From the NCBI RefSeq assembly GCF_018977255.1, contig NW_024704743.1:61692001-61756000 (forward strand): 64,000 nt of DNA, given 5' to 3'. This document shows positions 1 through 12,412 of this stretch, piece by piece. The DNA comes from Callorhinchus milii (lineage: Eukaryota). Each line of letters starts with the position of its first letter. The first letter of the stretch is position 1. The position numbers and the translations under genes are program-made. The notes below the pieces were generated by a model that searched no databases, was not told the DNA's origin, and saw nothing but the letters and a program-made list of their open reading frames with translations.

Positions 1-2973
1 AAAAACGTCCAGAGTTGCTCTAAAAGATCGCCATCCCGACACATGTGGACAATAGTAATCCTTGCATTTGACTGGATCAGACCTGATTTGATCACTGCAA
101 TACTGGACCAAGTTGATGTGAAGAACAGCACGTTCTCTCCCAGGCAATGTACCTGGGAGAGAACCCGGCTCCCATGAAACTGTACTGGAATGTGAGCCAC
201 TGCCTCCAGCAGAGAAGACAAGGACATTGACAAAGAAAAGAAGATAATGAAACTACATTTTAATAAATGTATTTGCAAGAGGGTATCCACTTGCTGCATA
301 ACATTCTATTCCAAAGAGTTCTGACATAACATGCAGAGCGGATTGTACTCACTTCTGTAAAGCACCTTATCTACAATTAGCCCTTACCACAGAACACTTT
401 TGCCGTGATTAAATTCTTTTTTATGCGGCTCTCTAATTAGATGTGTAAAATAATTGGCTTCAAATGTAGTACTTAAAAATATACCTTGTAATTCAGGTTT
501 GAAAATCAATTCTCACAGTAGATCTGACATTGTCTAATGTTCCATTTTTCTGACCTAAATTGTAGTCAGATCCCTTTAAAAAGTGATTTGTACATCCCAA
601 AGGTTGACATTGAATTAAAACATGGATCGCAGCAAAACCCGTGAGTTTGGAGGGCAGATTATCTTAAATTTCAAATAAAAGCAGCTGCTGAAATATAACC
701 AGTCTGGACAACAACAGCTTGGAGGCAATTAACCCCTCGATTGCTGACTGCTCCGGGCAATCCCAGGTTCCCTGGGCCAGCTGGGGTTTTTTCAAATGAT
801 CAGTTCACTGAATGACACTGAAGCAAACACAAACAATGGAGTTGCACAGGTTAGAATAAGTAAAAAGGTCTTGTTTCTCATTTACCATAGTGTGTAGTGA
901 CTGTATTTTGTAGGCAAACAAAATGCTGTATTCTACTGTATTTACACAGACAGCATCAATTGGAAAGATTGCTCCACCTGGCCACCACTCTCAGTGTGAA
1001 GAGGTGGTTCATCACATCCGACTGGTTAAGAATCACAATTTCAAATTAAGAATTACAATTTCAGTCAATAATACTGGCTAGTCCCAGGTGTTAACACCTC
1101 CTCCCCCTCACCACCACCCAACTACCGCCACCAACATCATTACATGGTTCTTTCCAATCTGAGCACAAGGGAGACATTGCAATACAAAGCAATACTGAAC
1201 AGCACCAGGAAGTCTGCAGCTGTCTTGCAAAAAGATTTTTCTGGTATTTCAGATTAATGCACGTCCTTTAAAGCGTGAGGGTATGTGTCCATATTTCCAG
1301 TACATGCACTCTGCTTACTTGAGTGCCTCACCGAGTGGTTCAGGTGGTTCAATATTTTATTATTATTATTGTTTTATTACGGCCTGAATATCTGTGAAAC
1401 AATATAAATTTTATCAACACACTAACATTTTGCTTATTTTCATCTATGCAAATAACATATTTCAGCTGTTGATGATCTCTGTTTTACATATCCACTTGCA
1501 AACTCACTGGCTTGTGCACACACAGACACACACCCTTAAAAGGACACACACCTTTAGATTCATAGATATTACAGCATAGAATTAGTACGTACAGCCCATT
1601 GATCCTAAACTGGTGGCAGTGCCTCTATTGTACTCTAATCCCAATTCCCTGCTCTTTTCCCTATACCCTGGAGAATTTTATTTCCATCTGCTGTTGTACA
1701 AATGTTCATTCAGTCTCTTCATTCACCTTGGTAACAATTGCTGCACAAATCTTGTGAGAACACTATAGATAAAACTGAAACTATCTTCTGGCAGCAATTC
1801 ACAACAGCTATCTTCAACCACATATCATTGCACACCATAGTGGCCAGCATCAATATTTTGCCTACAAAATAAAGTCACTAGATATTACGGTATATCCTGT
1901 GAAGCGCTTTGAGACATCATCTCAGCATGAAGGGTGTTATTTATAACATAAAATTCCATTTGTATTGCTCCTTTTCACGTCGGGAGGACGTGCCAAGGAG
2001 CTGGGATATATCAAATAATGAATAATCCTTACATATCCCGATTCAATGGAATGGACTCTGAGTGAAAGCAGCATTTGAGAAATGCATCCACATCATACAA
2101 AAATATCCACAGCTTTAACTTCTAAGGATAAATCACTGGGTAAGCCCTCGAGGAGCAAACCATTGCAAAGAATCACAAACATGCAATGCCATTATTGTCA
2201 AACATTCAATGCAGGATTTAACATAGCAACCGCAGGACCCGTGCAGCTATACAGCATTCCTTCATTTCTCTTCAAGATTGTGGCTTGAACTTGGTGCTGA
2301 CGTTTTGCATTTAATTTCTGAATGGATTAAATCCATTGAAAAAGCTTAGTGCTGAAAATGAATGGAAGCTAATTTGAAACCTCTCTCTGTGTCCAGTAAG
2401 TAAAACGTCTAATGAGACAAATTCGGGAGTAAGTCACATATTCCGTGTGGGGGAGAGGAAAACTATTGTGGGAAGTGGTTGAAATCAATGCATTTCAAAC
2501 ACTGGAAAATACAAAACATGCTCCCGAGCTTCCTCATTAAGTAGGTTAATAAATAATGTTGCTACTTGCCTCCTGCTGCACATTTTCATTGATAAGTCAG
2601 TGCAGGCGTTTAACACAGTGTAAAGCACTGAGAAGGCAATTCTCTTTGAGACATAATACTTACTGGATTAACAGCTTTACAAACACACAGCGGCCTCTCC
2701 TTTCTAAGCTTCAGTATATGTGCTTTTCTCTAACTTCAAGAAGTAACTTTTATTTTTCATATTGGAGCTTTCCAACTCTATTACATATTCTTATCTGGTT
2801 GGAAAAAATGCAATTTGACAGATATGAATATTTAATAGGCCGGTTACAGAACTGCTGTTCAAATGGAATTCTGCTGGTGCCATCGATGCTAGCTAGATCT
2901 TTGCAATACTCTGGGATAAATATTTAACACACTCATCATCCTTTCCAAAAACAAATGCTAAAAGAGAGATTAC

Positions 2974-3216
2974 CTGAGTATCCTTCATCAAGAGGTGGAT
3001 GTTTTGCTCCTCAAGTAGATATGACTGTTTATGTATGTGGGTGAGACCTAAATTAATAGCTGGCCAAACTGATGCTGTGATGTTTACAGATCCTGAAAAG
3101 TGAGTCACGGGTAAAAGTCCCAGGATAGGAATGCCCTGGAACTCTCCTAAGAGTCTGAGAACGAGAAGAGAGAAGACACCAAGAATCCTCACACACCTCC
3201 TCTTCCAGTACAGCAT
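2974..3216 (-). CDS. gabbr2: Second GABA-B2-type first coding exon (exon 1B): signal peptide plus N-terminal Venus flytrap segment, 81 codons, phase-0 donor
   Basis: ATG at 3216-3214 with A at -3. The N-terminus MLYWKRRCVRILGVFSLLVLRLLGEFQG is basic then hydrophobic. It continues IPILGLLP...SVWPAINLGLTHI...LLMKDTQ, collinear with exon 1A and with GABBR2 exon 1 as recalled (SIMGLMP...GVLPAVELAIEQI...LYDTE). It ends CAG|GTAATC at 2974/2973, the homologous junction. The gene symbol is tentative (isoform exon or tandem paralogue). Confidence 0.75.
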
Positions 3217-4364
3217 ATTTATCCACTGGGTTTCCCTGTGTCTTCCTGTGTATTACGACCTCTTCTGTCCTGTCCTAAACCTCAGAGGAAAATCATCCAG
3301 ATCATCATTAAAGGATTATGGCACATCAAACCTGCTCAATAAATCCCATCCACTAATTCGACAGGACTGGGCACTGGGCTATTCATAGCAGTCTCAGTGA
3401 CAAGCAGTGTCTGGTCATAAGAGATCACATTAGACATATTTAACTCCAAATTAATTTCAGTACTGAACTGCGTTACAGGCAATTCCACTTAAAACTGCTT
3501 TGCTCCTCAGACAGCTCTTATTTTCAGTTTAATTATTTGAATTTTTTTTGCAACAATAGGAATAAGAAATCTTTAAAGCTTTTCATTGAATATTTTTAAC
3601 TATGCCATTTTGCTTTCCCTTTGGTGAAGTGACCTGTATTCAGTCTTTTTATTCACTTCTCAATTAAATGGCAAATTAATAAAGTAGCTCTTTGACACGT
3701 CCTTTGAAGCATTGGAAAATAGTACTGCTACTTATGAACATAGCACGTTTTATTTGGTGCACATATATTCTCATAATCTTCAAAAGGCAGATAATCAATC
3801 ACACAGTGCCACAGTTATACTCTGATCTGAAGATGTATTCTTATGTTTGTTCTTTTTCCTCTCAGCCTGGTCACAGTGCACAGTACTGGCCAGCCCTGGG
3901 CTGACTGGATGTGCCTCTGATTATGTTCCTTCTGACTCCCTCTACATCATCTAGATTTAATTTGAAATCCAAATTAGGAAGTAGACCGGAATAGCCACAT
4001 TTTCTCACAGCTGTGTGTGGGCACCAATTATGCAACATCTCTTTGTACGAGAGCACAGTGAAATAAAACTAGCTACAAATAGTTAGACAGTAATAGCTTC
4101 AGGCAGGAGATAACCAAGAGATGATCTTGTCCATCCATCCAATTTATAATGATCTTTACATTTGATACAGTACCTTGTCAACATGTTGACAGGTCTCAAA
4201 GTCCGTGATTTAACTGCAGAGTATAAGGGACTGTACTTGTAGCATCTAATTTGGCACAACAAAATCCCACTAAATAGTCACGAAGTGAATGACCAATGTT
4301 ATCTGGGGAATTGTTGGCCAGGACACCAGGAGAATCTCCTTTCTCTTTTTGAACAGTATTATTG

Positions 4365-4565
4365 GATCGCAGAGTCCAGGAGTCCGTGGCCAGCGAATAT
4401 TTCTCAAATCCAGCCCTCAGCAGCCAAAAGCTTGGACCACCTTGTCTCTTGCAAGTGATTTATTGTATTTCTCCGCCAGAGAAGATGCTGGAAATGGTTT
4501 GTGGGCTGGATAAAATCATCCCCCAGGTCAGATGTGGCCCTAGGGCCATCATTTGAATGACCCTG
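4365..4565. mobile_element. Possible hAT-Charlie-like non-autonomous DNA transposon remnant interrupting an older SINE
   Basis: The right end CAGATGTGGCCCTAGGGCCATCATTTGAATGACCCTG resembles MER3/MER5-type termini. SINE-like sequence lies on both sides (about 4160-4350 and 4570-4645). Confidence 0.3.
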
Positions 4566-6180
4566 GTTTAGACCATGTGAATTCACATCCCGATTTGGGG
4601 TCTGAACCCACAATCTTCTGACTCAGAGGTGAGAGTGCTACCAACTTTCATTTAATGAAAAGAAAATGATGATCTGGAATGAATAAATAATAACTAATTC
4701 TTGTATTTCACATAGGGGCTTATCACGTTGAAATGTCTTGAAGCCTTTGACAAAAAGAATAATTGAAGTGGAGCGAAAAGTGTTACATGGGTAAACCCAG
4801 CAGTCAATCTCTGTCAGCAACATCCCGCAAACAAGAATGAGAATGAGAAAGCAATTAACCTGAATTTGCTGTGGTGAATTTTGATGAAGGAGGAATACTG
4901 AACAGACACATTTGCATTTAAATATACAGGGAAATACAAGAACATTTCAAGAAACAAAGAGAAGGGGAATGAAGGAAAAGGGGAGGGGTAAGAAACATGA
5001 ACATTGTGATATCCCTAAATACATTAGCTGTTCCTTAATTGGACATATTTAAGGAATGAGACAGAATATATTGTTAAAAGCGTGTTCTTAAAACCTCTCA
5101 ATGAGACAGGTCTAGGACTAAACAGCATTCCAAACCCTCCATTTTCTGTACAATGGTTTCTTCTACAGGTTAGTCACATTCTCTCTTACTTAAACATATT
5201 TTATTTATATTATTATGTATATTATATATATTGTATTTATTTAATTTATTTAATTATTTTATCATAGTCTCTTTCACAGGCTAGCCATGTTTTTTAATTA
5301 TCACCGGTGTAAATTAGAAGTTCCATAATTTTTCCCACAATATGTCTTCCGAAGATAGTTTATTGCATTTGGTTAATGTGTGTCAGTGGCAACTTCTACT
5401 TAGTTACATTGTGTTGGTGCTGGTGGGGAGAATTATACATTCTGTGATGGCATAAGGAAACTTCTTGTCTTTGCTCTAACAAGGTAATCATATTGTACTG
5501 ACAGAGGGGATGAGGATTCTTAGGAAATAACAAATTGAACGTGAATGCTGCACAGAATGCAAAGCTTTGTAGTCACCAGAAGCAAAGACCTGAGTGGTGG
5601 AATCAGACCTTCAGCTGATGGGAGGCAAAGTGAACAAATCCAAGCAAAGTACTGCTGCTCTCTTGCAGTATTTTTAAAGTAAATTTCTTCTTATTTATTT
5701 GCACAGTGGTGAACTTAGCATGCTAAAAGGAGTGCTGAAATGTCATTGTACAACAACAATGAGGCACTGAGGCTTTAGGTGAATATATGCCAAGTGAAAA
5801 TTTCTGTTCAGTGAATGGAAATTGAAGCACCTAAGTAAAGAGCCACATTTCCCATCTCAGCCACGTTACTCATACCCATTAGCTGAATCGCTAGAGCTGT
5901 AATACTTCATTGGGGGAACTATGTTGCAAGATTCACAAGAGGTTTTACAATGTAGAATCCTTTGCAAATGTCACAAATTAGTCCCATTATGTATCCAGAA
6001 TTTCTCTCCCACAATAGCATGTGCCTATCTGATAGCATGTACAGCTGTTAGGCTTGTCATACCAAGATGAGATTAGCAGGTCAATCTAAGGGGATTCTGG
6101 GGAAATCAACAATCTTTTCACTCCATACACCCAACTCACAACTTCACAATGAAAGTTAAAACTTCTCTGCACTTTGAGAC

Positions 6181-7050
6181 GTCTCTACCCAACATCCGTG
6201 CCATGACCCACTCTGCCTTCCCTCTACCTCAGAAACCAAAAACAATAATAAATTGGTCATTTTCAATCTACGACTGTTTGTGGGACATTGCTGTGCGCAA
6301 TTGGCTGCCGCGTTCGCCCACAAATATACAGTCAATTCACTTTACAGTGTGTTCTGTGAAGCGCTTTGGGACGTCCTCCCGACGTGAAAAGCGCTATATC
6401 AAATGCAAGGATTATTATTATTATTATTATTATTATTACCTCCGCAACATCACCCAGCTCCTCCACTGCCTCACCCCTCAGGCCGCAGAAACCCTCATCC
6501 CGCATTCATCACATCTCGGTTCGACTATGCCAACTCCCTGCTTGCCAGCCTTTTCAATTCTTCCCTCCACAAGCTGCAGATCATACAGAACTCTGCAGCT
6601 CATGTCCTCTCCCGCACCAGGCTCCATGATCCCATCACCCCCGCCAGGCTCCACTGGCTCCCCATCCCTCAGAGGATAGAGTTCAAATCCTTGTCCTCAC
6701 CTTCAAGGGCCTCCATGGCCTTGCCCCTCCCTACCTCTGAGACCTGCTGACCCTATATCAACCTGTCAGTTCCCTCCACTCAGCAGGCTCTAGCCTGCTC
6801 TACATCCCTGCCCAGCCTTCCCCACTAGTGGCAGTTGGGCCTTCAGCCTTTCTGCCCCCATTCTACAGAACTCCACCTCACATTCCCTTCGCCTCGCTCC
6901 CTCCCTTGCTCCTTCAAGGCGTGCCTCAAAACCCTCCTCTTCAACCGAGCCTTTGGCCACCCTCGGGTCTTAATCCCTGACTGTCCAGCATCTTTGAAGT
7001 CCTCCTGACATGAAAGGCGCTATATAAATATAATTTTGTACTGTATTGTC
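6181..7050 (+). mobile_element. L2 LINE 3' fragment interrupted by a SINE
   Basis: Translation ...AFITSRFDYANSLLA...LHKLQIIQNSAAHVLSRTRLHDPITPARLHWLPI... is the C-terminus of L2 ORF2. An L2-type tail lies at about 6985-7050. Confidence 0.85.
6231..6436 (+). mobile_element. 5'-truncated tRNA-derived SINE with (ATT)n tail, inserted in L2
   Basis: Matches the other copies in the window. TSD TACCTC at 6225-6230 and 6437-6442. Confidence 0.9.
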
Positions 7051-7477
7051 GCAACAATGTGATAAGGCGTTATATCAAATGCAAGGATTATAATTACTCA
7101 CAAAAGATCACTGGGTGCGAGGGCACCTGCAATAAAGGTAAAAGTAATTAGATTAAAATTACAGGAATAATTGCAGTAATAAATGACAGAAAATGACAGG
7201 AATAAAATCCGTGTATCTTAAAAATGGAACATAGATCATTTATTTCTTATGTCCATTCCATCTGCACCTGAATTTCTTGGCAAATTGCAAAATGCACTAA
7301 CTTGGCAGTTCCTATAACACCATTACAGATAAACTCTGTTAAGCACAAGTGCACAAAATGGAATTTGATAGCTTCATTGAAATTCCATAATATTTGAAGC
7401 TTCGAGGAATTGTTGCATCAAGTTTCTCACAATTGATTTTCACTGGCAGCATGTTATTTTAAACCTTACCAACAACT

Positions 7478-7635
7478 TGCTGTGCGCAATTGGCTGCGGC
7501 GTTCGCCCACAAATATGCAGTCAATTCACTTTACAGTATAATCTGTGAAGCGCTTTGGGACGTCTAGAAGACGTGAAAAGCGCTATATCAAAGGCAAGGA
7601 TTATTATTATTATTATTATTATGATTATTATTGTT
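7478..7635 (+). mobile_element. Truncated (ATT)n-tailed SINE
   Basis: GCTGTGCGCAATTGGCTGC...GCGCTATATCAAAGGCAAGG(ATT)n. Confidence 0.85.
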
Positions 7636-7722
7636 ATCATCACTCCCTTCATGAAGTCCTTCAATCTGCCAGTTAATGTAAACTCCCATCAAGAATAGAT
7701 GAATGCCAAAGTGTGATGTTAC

Positions 7723-8125
7723 CTGGCTCAGCTGGTTGCACTCTTGCCTCTCAGTCAGAATGTTGCAGGTTTAAGCTCCAAATATCTTGAGCTCATAGTC
7801 TAGGCTGGCAGTCTAGTCTGACACTCCAGTACAGTGCTGGATTGTCAGGACTGCTTCCTTCAGGTGAGACATTACACTGAGGTCAAGTCTGCCTCTACTT
7901 TAAATGGAGATTAAGGATTCCACAGCACAATTCAAATGAGAAGGAAGTTTCTCCTGTTATTGTGGCTAATAAATTCTATATATAAAATTGATCATTCAGT
8001 TGATGTTTGTGGAACCTTCACGTGCGCAAAAGGGTTACCACAGAAATAGTCACTGCACTTGCCAGTAGTTACTATAAAGTGCTTTGACATATTTAAACGT
8101 GATAAGGTGCTATAAAGTGCAAGCT
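7723..8125 (+). mobile_element. Degenerate Deu-domain SINE (SacSINE1/AmnSINE1-related)
   Basis: tRNA-like head TGGCTCAGCTGGTTGCACTCTTGCCTCTCAGTCAGAA, Deu-like core GAGACATTACACTGAGGTC..TCTGCC, L2-like tail. Confidence 0.65.
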
Positions 8126-8784
8126 GCTATTTCTGAGGTGCAAAACACTATTACAAACAGCACTAAAGCTCTCAGTGCAGACAGCAGATAAAGCCTGGCA
8201 TCTAATTCTTCGGTTTCGGTCAGTTAATTTCCTCCGCTGTCCCACTTTACATTTCGCTGTATTCAAGCCCCTGCCTTAGCTCTCAGAAAACAGGAAGTGT
8301 CAAAGCCCCTTGCATGAATTAGCTGGATAAAGCAGTTAGCATCAAACAAGTCTGATACACAGCATTGGATTTAGATCTCTTGACTATTTAACAATCTGAT
8401 GCTTGGGATTGTGGCTATTCACATTGTGCCCTAGTATAATCCTGCCACCAAATGGCGACAGAAGTTGACCTAAACACTGAGGAAATCTGATGTTTGGGAC
8501 TGTAGCTACTCACTGGAATTGTGATTTAGACACAATTTTTATTCAGGTTTTGATGATCTTCCTCATTCTGAGAAGTGTTGAGCAACCACTGCTCAAGATC
8601 TAAACCTCCGGCAGGTAAAATCACCGTGCAATAGATTATATTATGTTTCCAGTTTACAGACTGGAAGATGATATGAATTCACTCACACACCATATGATGA
8701 GATATGTTACTCACATTACCACTTCAGAGCTGTTTTGGAATCTGGAATCCACCGAGTGAGAGCTACCCCCACATCCACATTTAT

Positions 8785-9650
8785 CAACAACAACAAATTC
8801 CATTTATATAGTGCCTTTCATGTCGGGAAGGCATCCCAAGGCACTGGACAGTCAGGGATTTGGAGAGTTTTGAAGGCAGGATGAGGATTTTGAATTCTAT
8901 CCACTGGAGGAATGGGAAGCCAATGGAGCCGGGCGAAGGTGGGGGAGAGAGGGTCACAGAGCATGGTGCAGGGGAGGATACAAGCTGCAGAGTTCACTAT
9001 GATCTGGAGTTTGTGGAGGAAAGAGTTGGGAAGACTGATAAGCAGGGAGTTGCTCTAGTCGAGCCCAGATGTGATGAATGCGTTTATAAGGTTTCGGCGG
9101 CCTGAGGGGAGAGGCAGTGGGAGAGCCGGGTGGCAATGCGGAGGTGAGGGATGGCAGAGTGGGTCATGGCACAGATGTGGGATAGAAAGGACAGTTGAGA
9201 GTCAAACAAGGCGTCAAGGTTCTGGACTGGCTTAGTGAGGTGGAGCGTGCAACCATGGATGGTGATGCTGCCAGTGCCTGAGGTGTGGAGGCTCTGACGG
9301 GAGCCATTCAGGAGAGTCTCGGTCTTGTTGATGTTCAACTGGAGAAAGTTAGCTCTCATCCAGGACTTGATACCCGACAGACCTTCTGTCAGGATAGCAG
9401 TGGTCCTTGCGTCAAGTGTGGAGGCAGAGAGGTAGAGTTGGGTGTCATCCATATACATATGGAAGTTGACCCCATGTCTGCAGATTATGTCATAAAGTGG
9501 CAGCATACAGATATTGAAGAGAGAACCAAGGACAGAGCCCTGAGAAATGCTGCACATGGGCTGGAGAAGAAGCCATTCGTCGAGACAAAATGGAGACCGT
9601 ATGAAAGGTAAGAATTGAACCAGGCAAAGCCAGGACCATTAAGGTTCAGT
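8785..9650 (-). mobile_element. L2 LINE fragment with partial reverse transcriptase and (GTT)n tail
   Basis: ORF 9084-9557 reads QGSVLGSLF...FHMYMDDTQLY...WMRANFLQLNINKTE. The tail appears as CAACAACAAC at 8785. Confidence 0.9.
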
Positions 9651-10084
9651 TGTCTTAAGATCAATTTGTAACTTTCCTCCATTAGGAGGAACACTAAAGG
9701 ACTAGTAAGTGGAGTGTTTTTTTGGTCTAGCTGATAGCTGACAGGTGGGAAAAGGAGAGCTGACTCCCACTGATGGACTTGCTGATCAATACCTGAGCCA
9801 AGGAGAGACAGAACACCAAAACTTTGGTAATGATTTACAAGCCTACTGACTATCTAATGAGAATGTACCACTGGGGTCAGAGTTCTTCCCAACTCTTTCC
9901 TGAATAAATAAAGTCCCTAAATAAAGTCAAGCCACTTTACTGTATATCCTGTGAAGTGCTTTGAGCCGCCTTGATGACATGATACAGCACTATATCAAGT
10001 GCAAGGATTATTATTTTTAATATCTGGGCGAGCAGGAGTAGCAGTGTATTGTGCTGGTAACCTTAGTTCAGCTGCTTCATAAGA

Positions 10085-10710
10085 AACCTCATGGCATTTT
10101 AATGTCCACCTGTGTTCACCGGGGAAAAGAGGGATCTTTACCGTCCACCGGAAGAGGCAGACAAGTTTAACATCTCATCCAAAAGATGGCACCTCCAACA
10201 ATGCAGCGCACCCCCAGTTAGGGTTGCTAATTCTGCTAGGGCATATTCAAGGAGATTTCATCAGTTGATGTAATTAAGTTAAGGTCTGAGTCACGTCGAA
10301 AAAAAATCACTGTGGAGCGATGCAAAAATCATCCATTTAAAAAAATGGTTATGCCTTTTGAAAGTGCAAAATGTTGTGATTGCTCATGAGCCAGGGTTAT
10401 GTTTGGCCGCTACTGTGAGGGAAAGTGAGACAGCACTGACTTTACGGTAGTTAGATAATGTAAGTCACAGCACCAGAAGACCAATAAGATGGTTGACAGA
10501 AGCAAGTGTGTGTTGCCTTGACATTTCAAACGCAGGCAGGATTTGTAGTTGAGAAACTGATAACAGGACAAATCTAATTTAACATTCAATATTCATTTTG
10601 AGAAATCCCTATGATCGTTCTCCTACGTGGCTCGCAGAATTGTCCGGGAGACTCATCTTCAAACTTGCCAGCTCAGAGGGAGAATGGTACCAACTGAGCA
10701 AAGTTGACAC
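10085..10710 (-). mobile_element. Deu-type SINE split by a ~450-bp insertion beginning TAGGGTTGC (about 10219-10670)
   Basis: Deu core in reverse (TTTAACATCTCATCCAAAAGATGGCACCTCC) precedes the insertion. The SINE head (CTCAGAGGGAGAATGGTACCAACTGAGC) resumes at about 10670. Confidence 0.5.
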
Positions 10711-11239
10711 CTAATGAGAATGAATGTCAGGCTAACTGAGTCAGACCGTCACCAGCCAAGTATGAGTTTATGCTGTAGCGGATACTGTTTGCTATGGAAC
10801 TTTTCGTATTAAGACGACAAGTAGTTAGGAAATATTATATATGGGCAAATGCACTCAGTTGTCAATCACTTAATTATGTGCCTCTGTTTAAAAAACAGGT
10901 AAAATTATATGCAAAACACTATAAAACAACTATGCTAAACTCCAATTACTATTCCCATTCGTGGAACAAAAGAGCCCAACGTATAATGCCTGTGTTATTT
11001 ATTAGCATTTGCAAGTCATTAATCCCCCTGTGTTCATGCCATCAAGCATCAATGGCATTGCCTGCCATGACACCAACCGCCAAGGGACACAGATAAAAAA
11101 TAATAATTCTTACATTTGAAGTGAAACTGATTTCCAAATTACAACATAGATTAAGAATTTTCTACAATTCTGAACAAGCTTTATTTTAAGTCAATGATCC
11201 TGAAGGAAAAATACGGACAAGATTATAGCTCTAAAGTCA

Positions 11240-12412
11240 TGAAATTCCACCTAGTCTTAGCTTATAAGAATTGTTGAAAATTCTTAATTTCCATCTTAAT
11301 TTGGACGTCAGTTTGTCTTTAAGAGCTGAAGAAAACCAATTTCCAAATTCAGATTGAATTTAAGAATTTCTCACACTCCTGCGCAATCTTAAACTTTACA
11401 ACAACAACAACAACAACTTGGATTTATATAGCGCCCTCCACACCGGACGGCGTCTCAGAGCTCTTCATAATAACGGATCCCAGGGCCGAGCCAGGGGGAG
11501 GAGGAGGCAGGTGACCAAAAACGCAGTCGAAAAGAAAGGTCTTCAGCCGAGACCTGAAAATAGGAAGAGAGAGAGCGAGGCGAAGGGAGTGAGGAAGGGA
11601 GTTCCAGAGCCTCGGGGCATAGTGGCTGAAGGCACGGCTGCCAATGGTTAGAGTGGAGGACTCGGAGGATGAGGAGGAAGCCAGCCCCGGTGGAACGAAG
11701 GTAACAGGTACTGTTTTGAGAAGAGAGGAGGTCAGAGAGGTAGGGAGGGGCAGAGGAGTGGAGGGATTTGAAGACAAGAATGAGGATCTTGAAGTCAATC
11801 CCCTCTGGGACAGGCAGCCAGTGCAGTCTGGCAAGAACTAGGCTATTCGGGGAGCGGAGTTTCATGCGGGTGAGAATGCAGGCGACAGAGTATTGTATAA
11901 TCTGGATTTTATGGATGGTAGTGGAGGGGAGACCGGCGAGGAGGGCATTGGAGTAGTCCAGCCGAGAGGTGACAAAGGCATGGAACAGGGTTTCAACAGC
12001 TTTCAGAGAGAGGTATTGGTGGAGACGAGCGATGCGTCAGAGGGGGAAGAAAGCGGTGCTGGTGAGGGACCGGATGTGGGGAAGGAAGGATAGTTGGGGG
12101 TCGAACCTGATGCCTAGGTTGCATACGGGTTCTGAGAGTTTTAGGGGGAGGTCGGGTAGGTGGAGGAGGTGAGAACCGTGAGATTTTAGATGTTGATGAG
12201 AGCCAAAGAGTATGGCTTCCGTCTTGTCAACGTTCAGCTGAAGGAAGTTTGCGCTCATCCAGCCCCTGAGATCTGACAGGCAGACTGACAGAATATCAGA
12301 GGACTGGGGGTCGCAGAGAGATGGATAAATAGAGTTGGGTGTCGTCCGTGGACATGTGTAAGTGTAAGATAAAATGGTCTTACAAGATAAGTCTAAGTGA
12401 AAATTGGAGCCT
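11240..12412. mobile_element. Palindromic MITE-like element split by an L2 insertion
   Basis: 11243-11397 is homologous to 51556-51770. 12361-12412 is the reverse complement of the left end of that copy. Confidence 0.6.
11398..12360 (-). mobile_element. L2 LINE 3' ~1 kb with (GTT)n tail
   Basis: Translations MSANFLQLNVDKTEAILFGS, LARLHWLPVPEGIDFKILILVFK and GSRAFSHYAPRLWNSLP. The tail reads (ACA)n on the + strand at 11398-11417. Confidence 0.9.

Noticed and set aside
2893..2973. C-terminal tail of the 107-aa ORF (VISLLAFVFGK...)
   Set aside because: It lies after the CAG|GTAATC donor and homology stops there, so it is treated as intron.
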